The notes beneath the pieces are model-generated. The model was given only the letters and a program-made list of their open reading frames with translations. It made no database searches and had not been told where the DNA came from. Shown here piece by piece: positions 1 through 9,037 of a DNA stretch of 64,000 bases; position 1 is the stretch's first letter, and each line of letters begins with the position of its first letter. The stretch spans positions 324,021-388,020 of the forward strand of contig CAYUCS010000002.1 of assembly GCA_964443495.1 (NCBI GenBank), read 5' to 3'. Origin of the DNA: an uncultured Gammaproteobacteria bacterium. Lineage in GTDB: Bacteria; Patescibacteriota; Patescibacteriia; Patescibacteriales; GWE2-39-37. The translations under genes and the position numbers were made by a program.

Positions 1-100
1 ATGCAGTCATAATGTCGTGCCGGCCAGGAGTTTTACCTCAATAAACAAAAGAGCCGCCCCTACGTGAGGAGCGGCCGTGCGGCAGGTAGCCGGTTTAAGT

Positions 101-1678
101 TCAATGGCCGACCAAAAGCATGTCGATTTCCCGAACTGCCACGCGGAAGGCCTTGTTGCCTTCAGCAAGCAAGTCCCGGGCAAATCCGGCCACGAGGTGC
201 ATTGACGCTGACAATCGTTCGTCGCACTCTGGCACGAACTCGTTGCCATACGAAATCTCAAACTTGTCGCAGATGTTATAAATCGTGGCTTTGGACAGAC
301 CAAGCAGATCAGCGGAATTGATGACATTGCCTTCATTAGATTCCAACACGGAACGCACGAGCTTTTCTCGAATCTGCGCCCCTCCTGACTTGTGGCCAAA
401 AACGTGCTTTAACGCTTGCCACACTTTCAAGGCCTCTTCGTCGCCGTATTTGCCTGACAAATAGACTGGCAATTCTGGCGATTGAAAGCCTTTGCTCGGA
501 AACCACCCAGGGTCGGACAAGGCCTTCGTCACTTCATGAACCACAGCACCCCACGTCATCTTTTCATTGTTTATCTTGCAATAGACATAGTCTGCCAGTT
601 CGAACATGACCGATCTTAACGTATTGTCATTCAAGGGAATGTACTTGCCGCCAAAAGGCAGCTTGTTCCTTTTGCAATAGTTGCCTATGGACGTACGGAA
701 CAGGCCCAGCCATTCGCTGGCTCGCGTAGTGTTGCCTCCGCAACGCTCCAAAACCGATCGCATCAGTCCCCTTTTGACATTCTCCACTCTGAGGTCGTTA
801 CCGAATACCAACTCCAATCGATTTTTGGATGATTTCTCATGATCATCACCCACCCGCTTTGGCGGAGGTGCTTCCGACGAAACGGTCGGCAGGGCTTCTG
901 ACAATCCCAGTTCATTAGTAAAAGCGCTGATAACATCCCTGATCGTAACCGGACCGCCTTCGTGGAAAAAGCAAAGCCGTTGAACGCAGTTCTCGACTTC
1001 CCTGACATTGCCGGGCCAAGAATGGCTCTGCAGCCAGCCAACCGCCTCATCAGTCAACTCCAACGGAGCATTGTCTCCGCGGTATTTGGCGATGAAATGG
1101 AGCAAAAGATCAATGATGTCGCCCGGTCTTTCGCGCAACGGCGGGATGTTGAGGCGGATTACGTTGATGCGGTAATAGAGATCGGGGCGGAAGGACTTGT
1201 TCCTGATCATTTCGGACAAATCCTGATTAGTCGCGCAAATAACGGCGCAATGCGACTGGACGCAAGCTTCGCTGCCGACCGGATAAAAGCAGTTGTCATC
1301 GAGGACATGCAGCAAGTTGGCCTGCAAATCAAGCGGCAATTCGCCGATCTCATCCAAAAAAAGCGTGCCGTGTCCGGCCATGATGAATTTGCCACGACGA
1401 TCCTTGTGTGCGCCGGTAAAAGACCCTTTGCTGTGGCCGTACAACTCCGACTCCATCAGATCACGAGGGATGGCGCCGCAATTCAAGCTGACAAAAGGAT
1501 GCTCGGACCTTGCACTCAAGTTATGGATGGCCCGCGCCAACAAGCTTTTGCCGGTGCCGGTTTCGCCAGTGATCAAGATCGGTGGCGGCGGATCGATGTT
1601 GGCGATTTTGGTTATCAACCCGGAAAATCTGCTGATGAGCTGATTACCTATGATCTTGCTGCCGTTTCCGTCTGTCAT
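101..1678 (-). CDS. sigma-54-interaction-domain AAA+ transcriptional activator (PspF-like, no N-terminal sensor domain) with two C-terminal Fis-type HTH modules
   Basis: 525-aa ORF. Walker A GETGTGKS, Walker B LFLDEIGE, GAFTGA-variant GSFTGA, RPDLYYRI, PPLRERPGDI and WPGNVRE motifs. Two HTH-like segments: NTTRASEWLGLFRTSIGNYCKRNKL and NVINSADLLGLSKATIYNICDKFEI. Confidence 0.8.
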   Translation of the reverse strand: MTDGNGSKIIGNQLISRFSGLITKIANIDPPPPILITGETGTGKSLLARAIHNLSARSEHPFVSLNCGAIPRDLMESELYGHSKGSFTGAHKDRRGKFIMAGHGTLFLDEIGELPLDLQANLLHVLDDNCFYPVGSEACVQSHCAVICATNQDLSEMIRNKSFRPDLYYRINVIRLNIPPLRERPGDIIDLLLHFIAKYRGDNAPLELTDEAVGWLQSHSWPGNVREVENCVQRLCFFHEGGPVTIRDVISAFTNELGLSEALPTVSSEAPPPKRVGDDHEKSSKNRLELVFGNDLRVENVKRGLMRSVLERCGGNTTRASEWLGLFRTSIGNYCKRNKLPFGGKYIPLNDNTLRSVMFELADYVYCKINNEKMTWGAVVHEVTKALSDPGWFPSKGFQSPELPVYLSGKYGDEEALKVWQALKHVFGHKSGGAQIREKLVRSVLESNEGNVINSADLLGLSKATIYNICDKFEISYGNEFVPECDERLSASMHLVAGFARDLLAEGNKAFRVAVREIDMLLVGH

Positions 1679-1774
1679 CTTCCGTCCCTCCCTTCCTAAA
1701 AAGAATGAAATTGGTTAGCTAATGTTTTTGGTTATCATAAAATCTCAAAGAGCTAGATTGCATACTATAACAAT

Positions 1775-1803
1775 ATCAGGCGAGCCGGTCAAGCTCGCCT
1801 GAT
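1775..1803 (-). terminator. hairpin downstream of the helicase gene
   Basis: 11-bp perfect stem atcaggcgagc / gctcgcctgat with a 7-nt loop, about 20 nt after the stop of 1822..4953. The trailing T-run on the minus strand is only moderate. Confidence 0.45.
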
Positions 1804-1821
1804 AGTTATTCGTTTAATACT

Positions 1822-4800
1822 TTAACCCTGTCGGAATTCGCAGATCTGGTAGAAGTCGCAGTATTTGCAGAGCGGGCTTGGGCACGGCGGGAACTCGCCT
1901 TTCTGGATGTCGATGATGGTCTCGACGATCTTGTTCTGTATCTTCTCGAGCTCGGCCGGCGTGCCCAAGAATTCCTGTTCAGTATTATTATCGAGGTAAT
2001 GGAAAGCGAGTGACGAGACCTCGTCGCGGAAAAGCTCAGCAGCGGCCAATTGATAGATCAAGAGCTGCTCTTTCTCTTCGAAGGTCAGCTTGTCTTTGGG
2101 GTTGCCGGTCTTGTAGTCGATAATCTTCAGCTTGCCGCCGATATTATCAACGCGGTCGATCTTGCCCCGCACGGTGCAGACGACGCCATTGGCTTTGACT
2201 TTCAAATTGAAGCCGGTCTCGGTGTAGCGGTTGTCCGGCCAATTATCCTTGTGCTGTTCGTAAAAATCCTTGAGGATGGCCTCGCCTTTGGCACGGTATT
2301 CCTCCTTTTGCACCTTGCTGGCATACCAATCGTCGATCCAGCTCTCGCGGTAGAGCTCATCGACTTCTTCCCAGGTAATGGTCGGATTCTCCTCGACCTT
2401 GGCCGCGCCGAACAGGTCGCCTTGGCCCAGTCCGCGACGCTCACGCACCAGCTCGAACAGCTTCTGTAAGGTGTTGTGCATAGTTGAGCCGAAGGAGAAG
2501 ACGCCCTTGCCGCGCATCGGGATGCGCAGGATGTGGGCGAAGTAGTATTGATATGGGCAATTCTGGAAAGCGGCCAATTGGGTATAGGAAAAGAAATTGG
2601 GCGAGCGGTAGGCCACCGGCTTGGCACCTTCGACAGCCGGCACCTTATCTTTTTTGATTTCATCGATTTCGTCATTAGGCATCTCTTTCAGGTCGAGCAG
2701 CCCGGCCTCAGGCAAGAAGCGGGACGGCTTCTTCTTGCGCTGGCCGCCGTAATCTGGCGCCCAGGAGAAATAGACGCCGTCGCGGGCGCGGGTGATGGCT
2801 ACGTAGAACAAGCGGCGCTCCTCCTCGAGATGGGTGTCGCCTTCGGGCACGATCTCCTTGACCAGGGCGCTCGGCACGGCGATTGCCTCGCGGCGCTCGA
2901 TGGCCGGGAAGCGCTTGTCCACCATGCCGACGATGAAGACATGCTTGAACTCGAGGCCCTTGGAGCCATGGACGGTCATGACCTTGACCGTCTCCGGGCC
3001 GTACTCGAGGTCGGGCGTGATCGAGCCGGACTCGCCGGCTTCGAGTTCCATATTGAATTCTTCCAAAAATGATTTGACGCTGCGGTCGTCAGAATTAGCC
3101 TCGAAGGTCTGGACGCGCTTGGCGAACTGGTTCAAATAACCCAACTGCTCGCGGGCCTGCTGCTCCGGCAATTTCGAAAGGTGCTGGAGGTAGCCCGAGT
3201 CGGTCAGGAAGGCGATGATCACTTCGGTTGCGCTCTTTTCACGGACCATCTGGACATGGCTCGACAGCAAGCTCAAGACCTTAAAGATCTTCTTGTCTGT
3301 TTCTGTCCCCAAATGGAGCTGGCCGGACTGGCGCATCGTCTCGAACAAAGACCAGCTCTTCTTGTAGGCCCAGTAATTCAGGTCGACGATCTCCTTATGG
3401 GTGAAGCCGAACATCGGCAGATTGAGGATACGGTAAAGCGCCCGGCTCTCGTGATAATCGTCGAGCAATTTGAGATAGGAAACAATGTCGAGGATAACCG
3501 GCTTGGTGTAGAGCCCGCGGGAGGCCATGAACAGATAAGGAATCTCCTGTTTGTCAAAGGCCGCGCAGAATTCTTTGGCTGTGTCGTTGGCGCGCACCAG
3601 GATGGCGAAGTCGTTCCAGCCGAGCGACTCGTCGTCAGCTTTGATGTCGACGATTTTCTGTAGCACCTGTTGGATCTCATTGTTCAAGTCGGAGCCTTTA
3701 ATGACCTCGATCCGGCCCCGGCCCTCGTTGGTGGCCTTGAGCTGTTTGGACAGGACACATGCATTTGTCATCGCGAGCGCAGCGTGGCGATCTAGTTCTT
3801 TCGTATCAACCCGAGATTGCTTCGTCGCTTCGCTCCTCGCAATGACAGAATCGTTCAACTGGCACTCGAGGCGATTGGGGTTATTGAGCTTAATGAATTC
3901 GTAAGCCAGGTCGAGGATATTCTGGCGGCTGCGATAGTTCTCGGTCAAAACGACCTGTTCGGCCTTGGGATAATCGCTCCTAAACTGGAGAATGTTACTC
4001 ATCGAAGCGCCACGGAAGGCGTAAATCGACTGATCGTCGTCACCGACCACGATGAGGTTATTCTTAGGCGCGGCCAGCAGCTTGACCAGCTCGTACTGGG
4101 CCCAGTTGGTGTCCTGAAACTCATCGACCAGGATATATTTGAACTGCTGGCGGTATTGCTCCAGAAGCAGCGGCCGCTCTTTGAATAATTTCAGACAATA
4201 ATTGATGAGGTCGCCGAAGTCGAGACAGCCGTTTTCCAATAACAACTGCTGATAGGTGTGATAGGCATTGGCCACTTCGGATAGCCGGGCGACTTCCTGT
4301 TCGATGATTTCCGGAGTCGTTTCCTCTAAATTCAAATCTTCGTAAAAACGCTTTAAAGACGCATCAAGCTTTTCGTCCTTAACCTTGGTCTTCTTGGCTT
4401 TGGCGGCCGTCTTGCCTCCCAGCTTCTTATCAAAATTCGCCTCCAACTCCTCGACGTAAGCCAGATAATCAGCCGGGGTGATTTCCTCATCCTTCAAGCG
4501 CGAAAAGTGCCGCAAAAGCGCCTGGATGAACTTGGTCGGATTGCCGGCAGGACGGTAGTATTTCAGATTGAAGCGGGCCAGATTCTTGTTGATCAAGATC
4601 CACTGCTCGAACTCGTTCAATAATTTGAAGTCGGTCGGCAAGCCGATCTCGAGACCATGCTGCTTGATGATCCGCTCGGCAAAGCCGTGGAAGGTATTGA
4701 TCCAAAGGTCGAGATAACCCATGGGCAAAAGCTTATCCACGCGCTCTTCCATCTCCCCGGCTGCCTTCTCGGTGAAAGTCAGGGCGAGGATCTGGTCCGA

Positions 4801-4953
4801 CTTAGCCCAACCCTGCTCAATGATATAGCCGATCTTCTGGGTTAAAAGGTGAGTCTTGCCCGTACCGGCGCCAGCCACGATCAACAACGGCCCATCCTTA
4901 TGCAGGACAGCCTTGAGCTGCTCCGGATTCAGTTGTTCCATCAAGTTAGACAT
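1822..4953 (-). CDS. UvrD/PcrA-family superfamily-1 helicase fused to a C-terminal PD-(D/E)XK, Cas4/AddB-like iron-sulfur nuclease domain
   Basis: 1043-aa ORF. N-terminal Walker A AGAGTGKT, then DEFQDTN and ENYRS helicase motifs. C-terminus has IDRVD, IIDYKTG (DxK), QLLIYQLA, an upstream Cys in NCPYQYYF, and C-x2-C-x5-C (CKYCDFYQIC). Confidence 0.85.
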   Translation of the reverse strand: MSNLMEQLNPEQLKAVLHKDGPLLIVAGAGTGKTHLLTQKIGYIIEQGWAKSDQILALTFTEKAAGEMEERVDKLLPMGYLDLWINTFHGFAERIIKQHGLEIGLPTDFKLLNEFEQWILINKNLARFNLKYYRPAGNPTKFIQALLRHFSRLKDEEITPADYLAYVEELEANFDKKLGGKTAAKAKKTKVKDEKLDASLKRFYEDLNLEETTPEIIEQEVARLSEVANAYHTYQQLLLENGCLDFGDLINYCLKLFKERPLLLEQYRQQFKYILVDEFQDTNWAQYELVKLLAAPKNNLIVVGDDDQSIYAFRGASMSNILQFRSDYPKAEQVVLTENYRSRQNILDLAYEFIKLNNPNRLECQLNDSVIARSEATKQSRVDTKELDRHAALAMTNACVLSKQLKATNEGRGRIEVIKGSDLNNEIQQVLQKIVDIKADDESLGWNDFAILVRANDTAKEFCAAFDKQEIPYLFMASRGLYTKPVILDIVSYLKLLDDYHESRALYRILNLPMFGFTHKEIVDLNYWAYKKSWSLFETMRQSGQLHLGTETDKKIFKVLSLLSSHVQMVREKSATEVIIAFLTDSGYLQHLSKLPEQQAREQLGYLNQFAKRVQTFEANSDDRSVKSFLEEFNMELEAGESGSITPDLEYGPETVKVMTVHGSKGLEFKHVFIVGMVDKRFPAIERREAIAVPSALVKEIVPEGDTHLEEERRLFYVAITRARDGVYFSWAPDYGGQRKKKPSRFLPEAGLLDLKEMPNDEIDEIKKDKVPAVEGAKPVAYRSPNFFSYTQLAAFQNCPYQYYFAHILRIPMRGKGVFSFGSTMHNTLQKLFELVRERRGLGQGDLFGAAKVEENPTITWEEVDELYRESWIDDWYASKVQKEEYRAKGEAILKDFYEQHKDNWPDNRYTETGFNLKVKANGVVCTVRGKIDRVDNIGGKLKIIDYKTGNPKDKLTFEEKEQLLIYQLAAAELFRDEVSSLAFHYLDNNTEQEFLGTPAELEKIQNKIVETIIDIQKGEFPPCPSPLCKYCDFYQICEFRQG
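3767..3846. repeat. about 80-bp imperfect palindromic element embedded in-frame in the helicase ORF
   Basis: Terminal inverted repeats GTCATCGCGAG (3767-3777) and CTCGCAATGAC (3836-3846), 10 of 11 complementary. The arms continue with imperfect complementarity (gcgcagcgtggcgatc versus gattgcttcgtcgcttcgc). Translated as VIARSEATKQSRVDTKELDRHAALAMT inside the protein. Confidence 0.5.
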
Positions 4954-4955
4954 CT

Positions 4956-5657
4956 TTATTTGAGGCCGATGTAGGCGACCATGGCTTCGAGCCTGGCCGG
5001 CTTATCCCGGCGATATGAGAAATATTTATTATCTTCGCAAAAGGTGCACTCCTGGCTGAGACTGACATTTTCAGGCAGCACTCCAGTCTTGGTTAATTGC
5101 TTCATGATTACGGCTGACAGGTCGATATGAAGCTTGCCCTCCCTCGATTCTATACTATCACTAAAATCAGCGAATTGGCCAGCCACGTCGTCCTGGACTT
5201 CGAAATGGCATTTCCGTATGTGCGGACCGATGAAAACCACTATATCTTCGGGACGCGAACCGAATTCAGCCGCCATCTTGGCAATGACTTCGCCGGCAAT
5301 ATCGCCGACAACCCCTTTCCAGCCGGCATGAGCCAGGCCCACGGCCGGTCGCTTCGGATCGCAAAAATAAACCGGCACGCAATCAGCGACCGTGAGCGAC
5401 AAGGTCACACCCTGCTGATCGGTAACGAGGGCATCCGTTTCGGCAATCACTCGAACTGCCACGTCTTTGACCGTGGCCACCTTGTTCGAATGAATCAATC
5501 CGGCTGCAACGACATTATCTACGTCCAGGCCGAGCCTAGTAAAAAACCGCTCGCGATTGCCGCGAGCCGTAGTATCGGTAGTCTCCAGTATTTTCATCCG
5601 GCCGTCCGTCTTTTCCGAAAGGCCCCAGATGATCTTGTCTGAATTTTCTAATTTCAT
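4956..5657 (-). CDS. pgeF: YfiH/PgeF family (DUF152, polyphenol-oxidase-like) peptidoglycan editing factor
   Basis: 233 aa. Conserved TADCVPV, AHAGWKG and C-terminal CTFC..YFSYRRD motifs. Ends 2 nt before the start of the helicase gene. Confidence 0.8.
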   Translation of the reverse strand: MKLENSDKIIWGLSEKTDGRMKILETTDTTARGNRERFFTRLGLDVDNVVAAGLIHSNKVATVKDVAVRVIAETDALVTDQQGVTLSLTVADCVPVYFCDPKRPAVGLAHAGWKGVVGDIAGEVIAKMAAEFGSRPEDIVVFIGPHIRKCHFEVQDDVAGQFADFSDSIESREGKLHIDLSAVIMKQLTKTGVLPENVSLSQECTFCEDNKYFSYRRDKPARLEAMVAYIGLK

Positions 5658-5667
5658 CTTATTACGT

Positions 5668-6291
5668 TCAAGCCTTGGCCTCCGCCATCATCAGACCATA
5701 AATCGATCTGATCCTGGCCAAGGAGTCCTGATCGTCGTTCAAAACCTTGGCTTGTTCAAGAATCTTCATGGTTAACTCCCGACTGATGCCGAACTTTTCA
5801 AAAATCTTGCGGTAATCGCCAATGTTACAGGCTCGTTTGTCCAGATAGACTTCCCTGATGGCCTGATTGTAGCTCATGACCTTCGCCAAGTCCTCATCGT
5901 TAGGATTGGCTGCGAAATCTAAAGCTGGCAAACATCCTTGCAGGTTGAAGCGTGCCATGTCGTCGATGTCCTGGACCAACTTGACGGCAGTCGAGAGGAC
6001 CCAGTCGTCTTCACCGTCAGCAGTCAGAAAGGTCAGCCCTGGCAGTGCCGCCCGCTTAACCTTGTCATAAATAACATCACAGAGATAATGGCTCTGCCAG
6101 CCTTTCTTGAAATCAGTATCAGCAAACGACGGCTCCAAAACCATGGCGTTGTGCGTCAGATCGCGGTCGATCTTGGTGATGTAGCGGCTGTCAGGATAAA
6201 CGGCGCCACTCAGGTATTGGGCCCTGTCCTTGATTTCATACTTGCCGATGATATCCAAGGCGAAACGGATATGAGTCGCTTCGAGTGACAT
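5668..6291 (-). CDS. hypothetical protein
   Basis: 207-aa ORF packed between the M16 peptidase gene and pgeF in the same orientation. His/Asp-rich segments (THIRFALD, VYPDSRY, GWQSHYLCD) hint at a metal-binding fold, but I recognise no family. Confidence 0.5.
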   Translation of the reverse strand: MSLEATHIRFALDIIGKYEIKDRAQYLSGAVYPDSRYITKIDRDLTHNAMVLEPSFADTDFKKGWQSHYLCDVIYDKVKRAALPGLTFLTADGEDDWVLSTAVKLVQDIDDMARFNLQGCLPALDFAANPNDEDLAKVMSYNQAIREVYLDKRACNIGDYRKIFEKFGISRELTMKILEQAKVLNDDQDSLARIRSIYGLMMAEAKA

Positions 6292-6292
6292 A

Positions 6293-7600
6293 TCAGAATT
6301 TCAATAATTTCTTGAAGTCGGCCTCGTTCTTGTATGGGCCGATGATTGCTAGGTTCAATTTGTCAGCAGTAAAGATGCTCTTGGCCACGCGCTTGATATC
6401 GGCGGCCGTCACGGCATCGATCTTCTTGAAAAATTCTTCCGGCGAATACAGCTTCGAGCGTGAGCCTCGGCCGGTGCGCTCCTGGGTCAGCTTCATCACC
6501 GCCTGGCGAGCATACCACTCACCCAGATCATCGGACGACTCAAGGGCTAGCGGGATGCGGCCCTTGATCAGCTCTTTGACGCGGGTAAGTTCCTTGGCCG
6601 GAATCAGGGTTTTGGCCATCTTGGCGTACTCAGCCAGCGTGACTTCGATCACTTCCTTCATGGCATCGACTTTGACACCGCCTTGGGTGGTGAGATAGCC
6701 GCAATCGGTGTAGCTCTCGGCGCTGGTGCGGACATAATAGGCCAAGCCGCGCTTCTCGCGGATCTCGTTGAACAATCTCGAGCTCATCGAGCCGCCAAGG
6801 GCCACGGCCATCACTTTCAAAATCGTCTCGTCCGGGTGGCCGTGCGGCAAAGCATGCACGCCGAGCGAGAAATGGGCCTGATCGGTCTGCTTGAATTTCA
6901 GTTTGAGCTGAGGGGCTGTCTGGTTGACGGCAACCGCCGCCTTTTCCTTGAAGTCCTTGGCCTTGTGCTTCGAAGCGAAGGCCGCAAAAGCCTTTTCAGC
7001 CTTCGCTGCAAAATCTTTTTTGAAATTGCCAGCTAGGCAGACAATCGTATTATGGGGTTGGTACTGGGCGGAAAAATAACGGACAATGTCGTCGCGCGTC
7101 ATGCCGCTGACTGTTTCCTTACTGCCAGCTGTCTCGCGGCCAGCCGGCGTATCACCGTAAAGGCACTCTTCCAGGACATCCTCGATGCTCATCATCGGGT
7201 TGTCTTCATACATATTGATTTCCTCGATGATAACGCCTTTTTCCTTGGCCATCTCGGCAGCCTCGAACTTCGAGTTCAAAAGCATTTCCGAAACCATAGC
7301 CAGGGCCGTCTCGGCCTTGGCGCTCGCGACTTTCATATAATAACCGGTGAATTCTTTGCTGGTGAAGGCGTTGGATTCGCCGCCGATGGCATCGATGGCA
7401 CTGGACAACGCCATGGGGTTCGGATATTTCTTGGTGCCCTTGAAGAACAGGTGTTCCAAGAAATGCGACACGCCGCTTTCGCGCTTGTCCTCGTACTTGG
7501 CTCCGGTACCGATCAAGACCAAAACCGTCACGGTCTTGGCGCCAGGCATCGGCACGGTCAGGAACGACAGGTCGTTCTGGTTCTTTTTCAACGTATGCAT
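6293..7600 (-). CDS. M16 (pitrilysin/insulinase) family zinc peptidase
   Basis: 435 aa. Inverted zinc-binding motif HxxEH in SHFLEHLFFKGT near the N-terminus. Length is typical of the family. Confidence 0.85.
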   Translation of the reverse strand: MHTLKKNQNDLSFLTVPMPGAKTVTVLVLIGTGAKYEDKRESGVSHFLEHLFFKGTKKYPNPMALSSAIDAIGGESNAFTSKEFTGYYMKVASAKAETALAMVSEMLLNSKFEAAEMAKEKGVIIEEINMYEDNPMMSIEDVLEECLYGDTPAGRETAGSKETVSGMTRDDIVRYFSAQYQPHNTIVCLAGNFKKDFAAKAEKAFAAFASKHKAKDFKEKAAVAVNQTAPQLKLKFKQTDQAHFSLGVHALPHGHPDETILKVMAVALGGSMSSRLFNEIREKRGLAYYVRTSAESYTDCGYLTTQGGVKVDAMKEVIEVTLAEYAKMAKTLIPAKELTRVKELIKGRIPLALESSDDLGEWYARQAVMKLTQERTGRGSRSKLYSPEEFFKKIDAVTAADIKRVAKSIFTADKLNLAIIGPYKNEADFKKLLKF

Positions 7601-7648
7601 ATGGTATTCCTATTTTATTATCACCTTACTATAACCTAAAGGATACGA

Positions 7649-9025
7649 TTATTCAACATTTTTCCTAGGCAAAGCAGCCGCGGCAGCCAGAACCCAAAAC
7701 AGGAAAACGCCGAAGTGCAGACTCCACCACCAATGGTCGAACAGCATCATCGTGGCCACGGAAATTGCCAGCATCGTAACGAGCAGGTCGAACCGTCCGT
7801 AATCCTCGATCAGCTTCCTGATTTTCAACTGTTCTTTGGACATCTGGGTCAACGGCGGCAACTGATCCTTAAAGATAAAGGTCGCCGCAAGGATAATCAA
7901 GAGCAATAAGCCTAAAATGCCGAACTCGGATAACAGCAAAAGGTAAGTGCTATGCGCTGGCTGATAATACCAAGACGGCTGGCCCGGCTCTACCAGCGTA
8001 AGCGCCGGTACATAATTGCCTGGACCAACCCCTAACCACGGCCGCATCTTGAAGATGGCGACGCCTTGTTTGTAACTAGCCAGACGCTCGCTCGTCGATT
8101 TCGTTTCCAGGCGGTCATTCGCTGCGAAGCGGCTGATCGCCAAATCGCGATAAGGGATTGCAAAGAAACCGAAGATGACGGCAACGATGACCAAACCGAC
8201 CAGCCATGGGCGTAGTTCCTGCCAGCGCTTGAGCCAAACCGTAACCAGCACTGAAACGGCCGCTCCCAGAAAAAGTCCGACCCAGGCGCCTCGGCTGAAA
8301 CTGACGAATAGTCCGGCAGACAAACTGGCGATGATGAGATATAGCAAACTGCGCAAGCTTTCTTTTTCCTTGCGATAATACCACTCGGACAGCAGCCAAA
8401 GAGAAAAGATCAAACCGACGACCATCGCTCCGCCCAGCATATTCGGATGATCGAAACTGCCATAAGCCCTGAGCCAGCGTTCGGGCAGTTGGCCGACAGG
8501 GTATCGCTCAATGACGGAAGTGCCAGGCTCGGACGCGATGTGCTTGGCCAGCCCCAGCCACTTATTGGCGAAAGTGCTCTGCGACAGGAATTGCCAGACC
8601 GCCAACCACGCTGCTGGCAGCAAGCCGGCAATCAGCCATAAAGCGGCCGCGGCCTTGTCGGCAAAAAGCAGCAGCAACCTGGCCGTAGCAAGAGCCAGTG
8701 TCATGCGCAAAACGATGAACTCGGCCAAGCTATGGTCCGGCGCATTCACGATCGAAAAGGCGAAATACATACCAACCGCTGCGGCGATAATGCCCTTGAT
8801 GCGGTCAGCTCGACGAAAGCCTCGCGGCGGACGCTGCCGCCAGTAATGGTACGCCGCCAGGATAAGCAGCGCTATCGCCAGGATATCGGTCGCGTAAAGG
8901 CTATAACTCAAATATTCAGAAACGCCGCCTTGGATCGTGCCGGCACGAAAAATCCAGCGCGCCTGCCAAGGCAGCGTGAAAAGCAATAAATAGAGGCCGT
9001 ATTCGATTATTTTTTTCAAAGGCAT
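7649..9025 (-). CDS. O-antigen ligase-like (Wzy_C/RfaL-type) polytopic membrane protein
   Basis: 458 aa with many hydrophobic spans. The FSRGAWVGLFLGA segment is typical of the O-antigen ligase domain. Confidence 0.6.
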   Translation of the reverse strand: MPLKKIIEYGLYLLLFTLPWQARWIFRAGTIQGGVSEYLSYSLYATDILAIALLILAAYHYWRQRPPRGFRRADRIKGIIAAAVGMYFAFSIVNAPDHSLAEFIVLRMTLALATARLLLLFADKAAAALWLIAGLLPAAWLAVWQFLSQSTFANKWLGLAKHIASEPGTSVIERYPVGQLPERWLRAYGSFDHPNMLGGAMVVGLIFSLWLLSEWYYRKEKESLRSLLYLIIASLSAGLFVSFSRGAWVGLFLGAAVSVLVTVWLKRWQELRPWLVGLVIVAVIFGFFAIPYRDLAISRFAANDRLETKSTSERLASYKQGVAIFKMRPWLGVGPGNYVPALTLVEPGQPSWYYQPAHSTYLLLLSEFGILGLLLLIILAATFIFKDQLPPLTQMSKEQLKIRKLIEDYGRFDLLVTMLAISVATMMLFDHWWWSLHFGVFLFWVLAAAAALPRKNVE

Positions 9026-9037
9026 ATCAAATATGAA

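Noticed and set aside
230-246. TGGCACGAACTCGTTGC, which superficially resembles a sigma-54 -24/-12 promoter.
   Set aside because: The spacing between the GG and GC elements is wrong (two nt too long). It also lies inside the coding region of the activator itself.
962-1699. 245-aa plus-strand ORF antisense to the AAA+ activator gene. Similar long antisense ORFs occur at 10089..11021, 31456..32241, 57518..58237, 52044..52565 and elsewhere.
   Set aside because: Each lies entirely opposite a gene with strong family motifs. Their products are Arg/Ala/Leu/Gly-rich with no motifs and no SD. These are typical shadow ORFs in moderate-to-high GC DNA.
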